Source: Yuukianura sp. NJ FZ-2021 (Eukaryota). Taken from it: DNA of 64,000 bases. Location: contig CM102290.1 in assembly GCA_046563655.1 (NCBI GenBank), forward strand, positions 7,874,001 through 7,938,000. The letters run 5' to 3'. The translations under genes and the position numbers were made by a program. This document shows, piece after piece, positions 1-12,276 of the stretch; within the stretch, counting starts at the first letter, position 1, and each line of letters opens with the position of its first letter. The notes under the pieces are model-generated. The model was not told the origin of the DNA. It was given only the letters and a program-made list of their open reading frames with translations, and did not search any database.

Positions 1-3000
1 GCGGCAGTGCAGGAGACGTTGATTGGATTACTGCATTTTTAAAAGTGTCCGTCGGAGGTATACGACTCAAACTACGACCAAGATCTTCTAAATTGTTTTG
101 GAGCCCATTTTGAATTTGTGGCGAAGTACTTGAACGTTTACGGTAAAGTTCACTGTCTGGCAGCAGCCCTTTGTAGACAGTTTCAGGGTTTAGATGATTC
201 TCAATACCGAACCCAAGAAACTTAGGAGACTGGAGGGGATGACGTCTTTGATTCGGTAAGTTCTGGGTGTCAATTATCTGCGCAAGTGTTGATTGACCTT
301 TGCTGAGGTCAACTGCAGGAGAGCTGACTATTGGCTGATGTCGATTCAAACGGACGTCTCTGATTGGTCCGATAGGTTGCTCGTAGAGTCTCTCTGCAGA
401 ATGCTGTCCAGTTGGAGGTTGAGTTTGAAAATGACTTTGAACATTTTCAAGGTCTGCTGGAATCTGAGTGTGCCCATAGAAATCATTTTCGTCAACTTCA
501 ACCACCGGAACAACTTCGATTTCTCCAGATTCATCTGTTTGTTCTTCAGCATCAATTCCTCCAGCATTTCCATCAGTCGAATACTGTATAACCGATTTTA
601 ACTCTGCTGAAGTTGGAAGTGGCCGAGGCGTTGTAATATCAATGACATTGAAATTGACATTCGACTGAGTTGTAGCCTTGTCTTGACTTGGACTTTGCCG
701 ATAGCTTCCACCGCGAAAATTTAAAAATTCTGGTTCACGATTCCGGACGTTTTGAGATTCTTTGAAAACTGCTGGCGGTTGAGTACTTTCGGCCATTGGA
801 GTAGTTCTGTCGCCTTTGTTTCTATTTAAAGAAACCAGCGTCTCTTCACCACTAATCGTTTCGGGTGAAGATCTGTAAAAAGAATTTTGCTGAAGATTCA
901 TGTAGTTTTTTTCCCAACTGGCTCTGTCCTTTACATGTTCATGTCCGTCGTCAAGATGGACGCTCTTGACGTCTGAAGTGGATGACGACTGGAGCCATTC
1001 TCCTGTTCCGTTCGTCTGATTTGAATTTCCTGAAGGAATTGATTGTCTCTCTGGTGGAATTGGCGTGGACGTGTAAACTTGGGATGGAATGAAAAATGTA
1101 TTGACTTTTTCCGTAAAAGAACTTACAGGATTGACTTTTTCTGTAACAGAGTTCAAAGGCCGCTCGATCTGTGGCCCTGGCGTTTCATTTGCTGAAATGG
1201 AATTAGAGTACGGGACGCTTTTGACCAAAACAAGAGAATTCGAAGGTTCCGGAACAATAGTTGGTGGACTCGGACCAGGAGAAGCTAGAATCGGAACGCT
1301 AGTGGTGGTACTTCGATAGCGTCGAACAATTCTTGGAGTTGTTGTTGGAAAAGCAGAGTTCGCGTCTTCATTTTCATCTTCGTCAAGTGTAGAATTCCAT
1401 CGATGTACTTTTCTGACTTTCATTCTAACTTTTCCTCGATATTCTGGTCGTATCCTTCTCCGTCGTTGTCCAAGTCCACCTTCATTTGGTTTTAAAGCCT
1501 CAACAAATGCATCTTCCAACGTAGGCGGGTCCTTAAAACCCACTAGCGCATTTGGACTCGGAAGATGTTCGTGGAAACCTAGGCTAGAATTGTTCGGAAG
1601 TTGTACGGTTTCAGTCTGATGGGTCAGGCTATGGTCTTCGGCCATGTTTTTGGTGCCCAACCTTGGCGGAACACTCAAACTAACGTTGGAATTGTTGAAA
1701 TAGGATACTGGGACTTGAGCAGGAAGTTGGAATGAGTTCACCTGATTCTCCAACGGTTCAATGTTTTCGGAAGCGTAACTTGGTGGTTCTAAACTTAAAG
1801 TAGATGTTTCAATCTCTTCGACTCTGTTAATTGGTAAACCCAATTCCTGTTCGTTAACAAATTCATGGCCAATGGTTGAGTACTTGGGATGATTGCCAAG
1901 CTCGCTTTCATTTCCTCTGAAGATTCCTTCGTTGTTCCCATCTCCCTCTTCGGATTTGTCTTCAGCATCTTGCGTTTCTGTCGAATCTTCCTTGGTATTG
2001 TCATCTTCATTTGGTTCGACATCTTCAAAAGGTACAGCAAAATGATGATGGTTAGTAATCGTTTCACTGCTCATCGCTTCCTGATCTATTGGATTTTCAG
2101 TGGAAACTTGCAATGGCGACGATGACGATTCTGCCTCACCCAACGTTGCATTTGAAGCTTCACCAGTACGACGTTCAAGTTCCGAATTCAGTGGAGTAGA
2201 TGTTGACGACATTTGAAAAAGTCGTGTCGTTCCTACTCTAGTAGGCGTAACGGTTACGAGCGGTTTGGAAAGACTTGAAGCCGTTTGAGTCATTTCGCTT
2301 GGTATTGATTGCAGATTTGGCGTCTCTTCACGGATCATTTCAGAAGTAGTTGCAGGAGGCGTTGGCTCTATGAAAAGAAAAATACGTTTGAAATACTTTT
2401 GTTATTTCGAACTCATAAAGTCATCGATGCTGCCAAAACGGTAATCGAGATCTTAAAAAATGCTCTTTCTGAGCCTTAAGTTTTACGGAAGAGAGAAATC
2501 TAAAAACTGATTTCACTATGTAGCAAGAGAATTTGTAGAATGTTCCGCTCCCATTGAAGGGATGAGGCCCCTGACTCTTGCTTATTCTTTTTGAAGGTTA
2601 AATGTCTTGTTTTCCTTTTAATTTGATTCGTTGTGTTTGTGTGTAGTGCGCAAAGAATGGACGAAAAATGGCAAACTCCCTGTAATTAGTCTCACTTGAC
2701 TTGTTAAATAACGTTAATTTTTTTTGGAGTTGTTTCAATTAGTTTTAGGACAAGAGAGATTTTGGGGGAGAATAAGATGAAACGATTACTGCACATACTG
2801 GGGCATACATGCAGCAAAATTGCACAGTAACAACTTCAAACGGTTTCTTTTCAAATTTCGAAATTAATCTAGTCGCAAATAACGTTTACCAAACAACTAA
2901 TAATAAATGAAAAAAGAAGTAGTTGTTTTACAAGCACTTGAAAACAAAATCCATCTGTTTGCACCGGTATTGGAGAAATGTTATTTCTTAAAAAAATTTT

Positions 3001-3229
3001 TTTGAACGGCAGTAAAGGAATGTCAAAATTTGCTTTGTTAAGTACCTTTAACTTATTTTTCATTAAAAAAATACTTTTGTGAAAATAAATCATTACCAGA
3101 AGCGATCAAGTCGAAGTCTTGAAGGATTTTTTGAAATTCTTCACTCGTGATTTGTCCAAGTACATTTTCAAACTTTACAACTATCAGAAACAACACAATT
3201 GTAAAAATTAGCATTGTCCTTGAACCCAT
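1..3229 (-). CDS. Large secreted Ser/Thr/Pro/Glu-rich (mucin-like, likely disordered) protein, 5' part; continues beyond the left edge
   Basis: Exon 1 3229-3097 reads MGSRTMLIFTIVLFLIVVKVENVLGQITSEEFQKILQDFDLIAS (signal peptide), donor G|GTAATG. Acceptor TTTCATAG at 2368, then a phase-compatible frame read without a stop from 2367 to base 1 (EPTPPATTSEMIREETP...IQSTSPALP). Absent from the ORF track because it has no stop in the window. Confidence 0.85.
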
Positions 3230-4086
3230 TTTTCTTCAAAATCTTGTAGTATCGATTCTGAGTTTGTAGTTAGCAGTCAAATGATTTACGATGATACCAA
3301 ATTGCAAATATGCATGGTTTCTTGCGGGAAATGAAAACTATTTGTTGTAATTTACACAGTTCCAACTTCAATTTTCGCAGAAAAACTGAAAAAAAAAATG
3401 ACTGAATCCAACAAAGTACTGTTTTAAAATAAAAATTTCTTTTGTAATTAAAGACGTTTCTAAGTCATGGTTTAATCGAGCTCAAGCACAATTGAACGAC
3501 TGAACCAATTTTTGGTGTATTCTACGGAAGGTCGCTCATGCCCACAGAAGACAAAAACAGTGGGTGAGCTGAACTACGTTACTGATGAATAGGATCTTCA
3601 TCAACAAACCTAACCTTAACCTACGTTTTAGGTGAAGGAAGTAACTATCGCACTAAAAACGAATCTTCTTCGCCTCCCTGGTCATCTTCATCAAACCAAA
3701 AACTTATTTACAGTTCATCGTCAGAAAAATTACAATTTACACTTAGAATACTCTAGAAGTTTAACTTTTAGCTTTAATGTCTGATACCTTTCACTCAATT
3801 TAACAAAGCCTTTACATTTTCGACGACTTTAATACCGCTTCCAGTTTTCGTCTTAAGAATGGAATACACTACTGGTTCCGCTATTCTAAATTCACACATT
3901 GGACTAATTCTGGCTGGTTATTACAAGTTCATATGACAAAAGAGGTTTCTCCACAGCACTCCACAGCAGACTTGTCGTTTAATGACACTTTATGGAACAC
4001 AATTAGTAAGCAGTTTGTTAATTGATTAACGTCGTTTTTAACGGATGTTGTTAATATGCATAACGTGAGCATAGCGTCATCGGATG

Positions 4087-4102
4087 TGCTGCCATCTAGG
4101 GA
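4087..4102 (-). promoter_or_regulatory. CTCF-like motif between the divergent secreted-protein gene and HisRS
   Basis: Minus strand TCCCTAGATGGCAGCA resembles the CTCF core CCACTAGATGGCAGCA; about 140 bp upstream of the HisRS ATG. Confidence 0.4.
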
Positions 4103-4242
4103 GTTGAATCGTTAAGAAAGGTTGAGGAATCGGAAGAAAAAAAAACATTGCAAAAAACAAAAAGTGAGTAAATTGAGCATGTGAATTTGCGAATCGAGAA
4201 ATACCAACTACCGGTTACATAATCAGTCACTTCAAACTGTCA

Positions 4243-6381
4243 ATGTGGAAAGTAGTCAGTTCCTTGTGGAAATCAATTGTTAGTCATCAACAACACAGTT
4301 ATAACAGCTGGTATCGTCCTGTTCCCCGTGTCTCTTCCGTAAGTAGTTTAAACTTTTCGTCAAGAGTCATGCCCCTCAAAGGAGAAATTAAACCGCTGTC
4401 ATCGCCTCAAGACGCGGACAATGCCAATGCTGACGAAGTTCAAAACGAAAAATGTGAATCTAAAACAGCTGGAGGCAGTGGAAAAATGATCCTGAAAGTT
4501 CCCAAGGTAAGAGTTAATCCTATTCATTAGTAAGTTAGGTGTAAATGGTTAAAGTATGATTTGTAAGAATGATTTGTATTATAGGGAGCGAGAGACTATG
4601 GACCAGAACAAATGGCTGTCCGGGAGATGGTCATGGCCAAGATAGTCGAGTGTTTCAAACGTCATGGAGCTCAGGGGATTGATACACCAGTATTTGAACT
4701 CAAGGAGGTGCTGACCGGAAAGTATGGAGAAGACTCCAAATTAATTTACGACTTGAAGGACCAGGGAGGCGAATTATTGAGTCTGCGATATGATCTAACG
4801 GTGCCGTTCGCTCGCTACGTGGCTATGAATAAGATCTCTAATATCAAACGATATCACATCGCCAAGGTCTATCGTCGAGATAATCCAGCAATGACAAGAG
4901 GCCGCTTTCGTGAATTCTATCAGTGTGTAAGTCTAGTTGTTTGGTTTGGATGATTTCTACGTTCAAGTAGAGAATTAATTTTGAAACTATTTGCGTTGTT
5001 TGTTCAATTCTTAGGATTTTGATATTGCTGGTGCCTACGATCCTATGTTACCGGACGCTGAATGTGTAAAAGTTATGGTAGAAATCCTGGAAACCCTCGA
5101 ACTTGGTCAATTCCAAATTCGTATTAATCACCGCAAACTACTGGATGGTATTTTTGAAATCTGTGGGGTGCCCAGTGACAAGTTCCGAACAATCTCGTCC
5201 GCAGTGGATAAGCTAGACAAAAGTCCTTGGGATGAAGTACGTAAAGAAATGGTTGATGAAAAAGGATTAGATGCAGAAGTTGCTGACGCAATTCACAAAA
5301 ACATAAGCTGCAAGGGCCGTCCCAGTGAAGTAATTGCAACGTTAAAATCAGACGAAAGATTCTTGAAGAATGAAAACACCAAAGCCGGGTTGGAAGCTAC
5401 TGAACTATTACTGAAGTACGCTGTATTGATGGGCGTAGATGAATCTGTACTCAACTTTGACCTCAGCCTGGCTCGTGGCCTTGATTATTATACTGGTGTG
5501 ATCTATGAAGCTATTTTGATTAGTAAGTTATATTATTTGTTATCTTCTAAAATTCAGCATTATATGGTTGCTCATAAGGGAGCACGCCATTGGTTCAAAT
5601 GAATTGGTTCAAATGCGAATTGGTTCTAAAAATAATTGGTTCTAAACACTAGTTGTTTAGGGTATAAGGCTTAAATTAGGTTAGGTTAGGTTAGGTAAGG
5701 TAAGTTTAGGTTAGTTTACTTATTTTAGGTTAGGTTAGGTTAGGTTTAGGTATCAAAATTAGGTTTTAGAACCAATTATTTTTAGAACCAATTCGTTTTT
5801 GAACCAATTCATTTGAACCAATGGCATGGAACCGCTCATAACAGGTTACTCAACGAAAATATTGTTTTCCAGATACAAATAAGAAGGACCATGTCTCGGT
5901 AGGCAGTGTGGCAGGAGGTGGCCGGTACGACACGCTGGTGGGTATGTTTGACCCCAAAGGTCGTCACATCCCTTGCATCGGGCTGTCAATCGGTGTTGAA
6001 CGGATTCTGAGCATCGTGGAAGCCAGAATGAAGAAAGGAAGCAAGCTTCGAACTATTGATACTCAAGTATTCGTTGCATCCGCTACGAAAAATATGGCGG
6101 AAGAGCGACTTCGCCTGTTGTCGATTCTTTGGGCAGCTGGAATAAAGGCCGAACATTCCTACAAGAACGGCCCGAAACTTCTCCAGCAACTTCAGTACTG
6201 TGAAGACATGCAAGTACCTCTCGTCCTGATCATTGGAGAGGATGAAATTAAGTCCGGAATCGTCAAGCTCAGAAATACAACTACACGGGAAGAGGTTACT
6301 TTCAAGCGGGAGGAACTTATCGATAAGCTGAAGACTGCAATTGCGTCGCCAGAAACATTCTTTTCTAAAACTTCCAGTTAG
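4243..6381 (+). CDS. HARS: Histidyl-tRNA synthetase (4 coding exons: ~4243-4506, 4585-4927, 5016-5522, 5873-6381)
   Basis: Motifs [53 protein letters not shown] and a C-terminal anticodon-binding domain; GT-AG junctions keep frame. Confidence 0.97.
5578..5834. mobile_element. Non-autonomous DNA transposon (MITE/foldback-like) with TTAGG core, in HisRS intron 3
   Basis: ~60-bp inverted arms built from ATTGGTTC repeats; ends GGGAGCACGCCATTGG ... CCAATGGCATGGAACCG; internal (TTAGG)n; flanking direct repeat CTCATAA at 5571-5577 and 5835-5841 (target-site duplication). Confidence 0.85.
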
Positions 6382-6705
6382 AGAGTAGAGCACAACTCGA
6401 CAACATTACGGTAATTGGTAACTACAGCATCAGCACTACTCGGTCTCAAACTGCGCTAAATTTTCTCAACTTAATCATACTCTAATTGACGACCACTCCG
6501 TAGGTCCCAATGTTAACAGCATGACCATGCAAACTATATGTGCAAAAAACTCTCTCTGCTTGGAAGAGTGGAACGATCCTGGGGTGTCCCTTTTACATTA
6601 CTTCTCCAAGCACAGAGTTCCAAAAATTCCATCTCAAACTCAAACTCAGGGGGGGGGGGTCTGGGGGGGCTTGCCCCCCCAGTTTTTTCAATACATTTTC
6701 GATTC

Positions 6706-6925
6706 AACTAGACGGAACCCGTGATGTTTACACATCACGAAATTACCTTTAAGCACTAGGTCATACCTCGGGTCAAACGAAAAAGCTAGCGGATTTTTGA
6801 CACAATGTTCAAAATCATCCTTCCTTCATGTCAAAAATCCACTAGCTTTTTCGTTTGACCCGAGGTATGACCTAGTGCTTAAAGGTAATTTCGTGATGTG
6901 TAAACATCACGGGTTCCGTCTAGTT
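6706..6925. repeat. Near-perfect 97-bp inverted repeat with 26-nt loop (palindromic MITE-like element)
   Basis: Arm 6706-6802 is the reverse complement of 6829-6925, with one mismatch (6790 vs 6841). Confidence 0.95.
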
Positions 6926-9171
6926 CCTTTAAAAGTTACCTTTTAGTTCAAAATGTCCTAGTGATGCTTCTCTCTCTAACTGGGGGGTGGATAATTAATT
7001 TTAAAAATTGCACAAATAATGTTTCGCAAGGCGCCCGTCACCAGTTTAATCCTGCAAAAGTCTACAGCTAATTAGACAAACTTTGGTTTAAGATTTTATC
7101 CAAAATGGTTAGAAATTTTTCCGAAAGATAAATTGGTAAATAGCAACTGTTTTTATTTACGACATCGGAGTCAAAGTGGTCAGAGATTTCCTGCAACGAT
7201 AACAATTCCGATTCCGACTTCGTGCTTCCGTCAACTAATTGTTCTTTGTCAAAAATTACAAATGCTAGGAAATATCTAGAACTAAGCCCTAGCACTACAA
7301 GATGGGGCACTGACACACCCGAATTTAAGGAATCATTTAATAAACTCACAAATCCGATTTCTAAAAAAGATTGTAATCTGTGACAATGCATATAGAACCG
7401 AGCTTGCGCATGTGCCCTAGATGTTCCAAATGCAGTGAATCCGTCGAGCATCAAGATGATTGACCTTTGACTCTTATTCAAATTGCATGTCCGACTGAGA
7501 GGGTGAATCAAAAAATGATGGCGTTGTTGTAATATGGCATGTTTCATGTGTCAAGTTAAAGCTGAGGATTTCAGAATTCCTATTTTTGATTTATCTGAGG
7601 AGCAACAACGTGTGGATCCACTTAGCTCCTTTGATTCCACTTAACACTTACAACTTAACACTACTTTTTTGTGTTAAAAGTTTTTCGAATGTGGTTTTGT
7701 AAAGAACATGGTTGACGTCATTCAAGCTTAACCAGACACAGTGGGATTCCATTAGTCACTGCTTGTCAAATAACACAGATACTACAAACACATTCTGTTT
7801 CTGTGCTTCGAGGAGCCAGAGGGTGAAGGAGGAATAGTGCAAACAGGCAACGGGCAAACCAACATCAATTACTAATCATACAATTAACCTACAACGTTAT
7901 CCTCTCCTTCACCATTGTCTTTGTTACCGTCCTCAATCTAAAACGGCCATTACCCTCACCTGTACTAATCTGATCTGCCCGTTGGTAAGTTATAACCGGC
8001 CATCTAGCCATATTGCTACATGTACTTATATCTTAAGTATTTAGAAGTGTTACCATGGAATCAATTGGATAACTCATCTGTTTATTTATAATAGTCAATT
8101 TGTCCTTCGGTGGTCTCGCGCAGAGAGGAAGATCCGATCCGATCCAACATCATAAGTGCATACGTCATCTTATAAGAACGGAAGATTAAGTCATCTCCTG
8201 TACCACACGGAATGTAGAGAATGAGGTCAGTCATACTTCTTAATTATTATGTCAGCTTAGTTCTTAAGACATGGCCTTAACTTACTTAGATTGTGGTAAT
8301 TCTAATTCTTGCAACTGGAAATTGAAAGTATAAACTTTGTGGTCATATTCATTTTCTTAGGATATGCAATGTAACATCAACGGGGATATCTTGCTGTATA
8401 ACGCTGATTTCAGTATTTGGCTTGGCCTAAGTGTTAACACTAAAGTTGTTATCTACTTAGTGATAGCTCTTAGTGACAAATATGCACTTCTTTTGTCCCT
8501 CATATTGATGCTTTTTGTCGCCAACGCCATCCGTCATTTTGATATGTTTGGTTGGTCAGCTCTTCACCAAGTCATTTTCGATTACTGTGGGGTTCCGCCC
8601 GTTTCCAGGAACTCACACGGAAATCCGAGCTTTTAGATATTAAATTACGCTGCATAAGCTGTAGCCTTTCCGGAAAAATTGAATTACAACAAGCCAATAC
8701 AATACAGACCCTGTTTGTATGGTTTATCTGCGTGCCTAGGAATTTTACTTTGCTTCCTTCAATCGAAATTGTTTCTGGTATTCTTCAGTCTAAATTGTAC
8801 AAAGCAAAGACTTATCTCTTCTTCTTTTTTTTTTCAAAAACAGGGTCGTCGTCACTTCATTGAAGAGCTACTAGCAACTAACAAGCATCACTTCAAAGTC
8901 CATTCATGCACTGAAGTGTCCAGATTGTAGCTAACTCAAAAGAAAGGACGACTGTCGCTGAACACTTTTTACATTTGATTGTACCGTTGCCAAGGATTCT
9001 TTACAAAGTAATTGACTTTAAAAGTTTTCTTTGACCTTTTAAACATTACGCAGCAATCTTTCGTCTTGCAATCGGGTTGTGCTCTGCTGGAGTGAGAGTG
9101 TGCAGAAGTTGACAAGTCGTTGTCTCTTGATTTTCAGATATCCTACGCTTTGGCTTTTGCGAGCCAAGGCA

Positions 9172-12100
9172 ATGACGGTTGAAACAGTTCGCGGAGCGGG
9201 AAGTAGTGAACGCGTCAATACTGCTAATGGATTTACATCAGACACGCTGATACCAACTCGGCGTCAAGGACACATTAACCTAGCCAGTGAATTGTCTTCA
9301 TCCACCTCCAAGAAATTTACGGTTTATCTCAATGGAGTCTCGGGAATCGGTCAAGAAGTTACCGTTGAGTTGGATCAGTTGCTGGATTGGAATGATTTTC
9401 TACTTGAACTCGACTCAGGAGTTACGTTTTCAGCACCGACAAATGAAATTTTCAGCCTGGACGGAGATCAACTAAAGTCCATTGCGGCAGTCATGAACCA
9501 CGATTCCGTCGTCGTCAGTTCGGGCCAGCCATTTATTCCACTACAGTACAAAAGTCTTCCAGCAGTTCACTCATGTTCATTAGACGGCGGATTACTGCTA
9601 CCAAAAAATGTTCAACTTCGTAAGGGTTCAGTTGGCAGTAGTCGAAAATTCATGAGAAGTGGGTTAGCTAAATCTGTTTATGCAATTGATTCATCATTCC
9701 AAGGGTCTTCGACGTCTGCAAACGAACTGAACTCGTTGCTCAAAACAATGTCTGAAGAGCAAGTCTGTTTTCGGGAGGCACAAACTGCAAGAGTTCATAG
9801 TCAATTGCCAAACTCAACTATCCGACAATCGGTTCATCCTAAGCCTCGTCCAGTGTCCTGCTACGGAGCTCCGAACTCAGTTTATGCAAATGAAGGATGC
9901 ACAGGAATCAAGAAGAGTCCCAGTTCCAGGATTCCCAAAAGAATTCAAACTCTGAACACCACGCAGGAAACAAGTATGCTCTCGGCCAGTATGAACACTG
10001 TGCCACAAACACCTTCTAGTCCAGTCAAAGTAGCAGGTAGTACCAATTTGAAATCTACTGTAACAACTCCTAAGGGAGAGAAGGTCATCCACGCAAAGTC
10101 TGGCGCTCCCAAGGAAAAGGTTACTAAGCATGGTAAGTGGTGTAATTTGGAATTTTAGATGCGAAAATTGTCAAATTCGGGGGTACAAATCTGTCTTTAC
10201 TTTTCAGAAGTGAATTCAAAGCGGGACTTTATTCTTCCACGCATTGTTAGCATAATTCGGACAGGAACGAAGCCGCGTAAAGTCATCCGCTACCTTCTTA
10301 ATCAAAAATCGGCCAGAAGTTTTGAACAAGTATTGAGTGATATGACGGAGCGTCTTCAAGCGAGTTGGGGAGCTATTCGGAAAGTATTCACGTTGTCTGG
10401 GCAACCCGTGGAAACGCTTGAAGGATTCTTCAAGGAGGAGCGTATATTCTTAGCGTGTCCAAGCGATCGACATGTCCAGGATGATTTTGTTCTGGATCCA
10501 GAAGGTTAAACCTTAACTCTTTCTCAATTTTAAAGTTCCTTGAAATAATTAACTTTAACATTCGACCTTTGTCCAACAGAAATCAAAGCAATTCCAAATT
10601 TTCTTAAACTTTATCCTGGAGCTGCAAAAGGCAAAGCTGGAGATGCGCTTCAGCGGACTCCACAGAAACGCGGAAAGTCACCACCAGTCAACGAGCGTAC
10701 ACTCCCATCGTCGTATCCTACTCATCCAAAGTACCTTGCAGTATCTCAGTTACCGAAGTTTATTCTTGACGCCTACTTTGTTGGGGATATAATTGGCGAT
10801 GGAAACTTTGCTGTGGTAAACAACTCATTTAACCAAGTGATGGAGATAAGAGATCATTGGCCTTTAAATTTTAATATCACTACTTTTGTAATCATGTTGT
10901 AGGTACGAGAGTGTATTCACCGAATCAATGGAGTGCAGTATGCGCTAAAGGTGATTGACAAAACCAAATCAGGTCTGGATGCACCAGCAGATCACGAAGT
11001 GAAAATTCTGAAGAGCCTGCGCCATCCGAACATTGTGCATTTATTTGAAGATTATGAGTTCGAAGATGAACTGTTTGTTATTATGGAACATGTTCCTGTA
11101 AGTGGTTATCATATCATTTCATAATGCATGATTCAGAAAACCGGTCTTGTATTGCATCCCCTATTGTCTATTCGGACTCATTTCTTTAGGGTGGTGACCT
11201 CTTCGATACTATCGCCAAATATATCAAATTCAGCGAAGAGGAGAGCGCCAGTTTTACAAAAGATATCGCCTCGGCCATTGCATTTCTTCATGCCAGAAGC
11301 ATTGTACACAGGTAAGGTAGATTCACCATTGAAAAGGCTTTTGTGTGATAGATAATGGAACTTACGAACTCATGTACGATGTGTTTGAATGTTTTGTATT
11401 GCAGAGATATCAAACCCGAAAATCTCCTTGTAAGTACTTACTGAGTTTGGAACATATATTTTAATTTTTATATTAAAATTTGATGCCATGATAATGCGTA
11501 TGTTTTTCAACTCATGTGTTTTTACGTTAGGTTTATCACGAAAAGGATAAGAAACGGAGGATTAAGGTCGGGGACTTTGGTCTGGCCCACTATATTCAAG
11601 ATGACGGCCTGCTTTATACTGTTTGTGGAACGGTAAATTCAAATTCAATGCCCAACAATTCTGTAGTACTGTAAGTAGTATTCTCAGAAATAACCGAATT
11701 ATTTCCTTGTGAATTGCAGCCAACATATGTTGCTCCAGAAATCTTGGCGGAAACTGGTTACTCTTATCGTGTCGACGTCTGGGCCCTCGGTACGATTTTT
11801 ACAACGTAGTACTAAGTTATTTACCAACTTGCTTCATTAAGTAGTACTAACCGTACTTTTTCAATTTTGTTGTCTTTAATTTTGTTGCAGGAATTATCTT
11901 GTACATCCTCCTCTGTGGATACCCTCCATTTGCTAGTTCAACTGGAGAACAAGCTGATCTGTTTGACTTGATTCTCGTGGGAGATTACGAATTTCCATCC
12001 GAGCAATGGGATGGAATCTCCGAAGATGCAAAAGACTTGATAATGAAAATGATCGAATCTGATGTGGACATTCGTTTGAGCGCTGATGACGTTTTGGATC

Positions 12101-12276
12101 ATCCTTGGCTTTGTAGCAACGTCGAAGAAGCGGAATCGAAACGAAGCAATTTTTTCAAAAATGACTTTCGATTCAATGTGTTTGAACAAATGGGCCTTAC
12201 GAAGCTTGGTCCATGCATGATGGGTTCATCTAGCACCACTGCTAGCACCAGCTTCGAAACTTCGAACTCCTCCTAA
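9172..12276 (+). CDS. DCLK: Doublecortin-like Ser/Thr kinase (DCLK/zyg-8 family), ~9 coding exons
   Basis: Two DCX-like domains (KKFTVYLNG...EIFSLDG...[41 protein letters not shown]...KVFTLSG), then a CAMK-type kinase: [50 protein letters not shown]. Exons ~9172-10132, 10209-10504, 10580-10815, 10903-11097, 11190-11311, 11405-11429, 11531-11632, 11720-11789, 11891-12276. Confidence 0.93.

Noticed and set aside
293..2125. Short ORFs in the track (293-601, 346-573, 1089-1319, 1795-2067, 1889-2125)
   Set aside because: Antisense or off-frame shadows of the long minus-strand exon.
5665..5765. (TTAGG)n as a true telomere or TRAS/SART target
   Set aside because: Short, degenerate and enclosed by MITE inverted arms with a TSD inside an intron.
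8364..8930. Hydrophobic 83-103 aa ORFs upstream of DCLK
   Set aside because: Overlapping frames with no motif; better explained as DCLK 5' UTR introns/exons (donor ~7984, acceptor ~8843, acceptor 9137).
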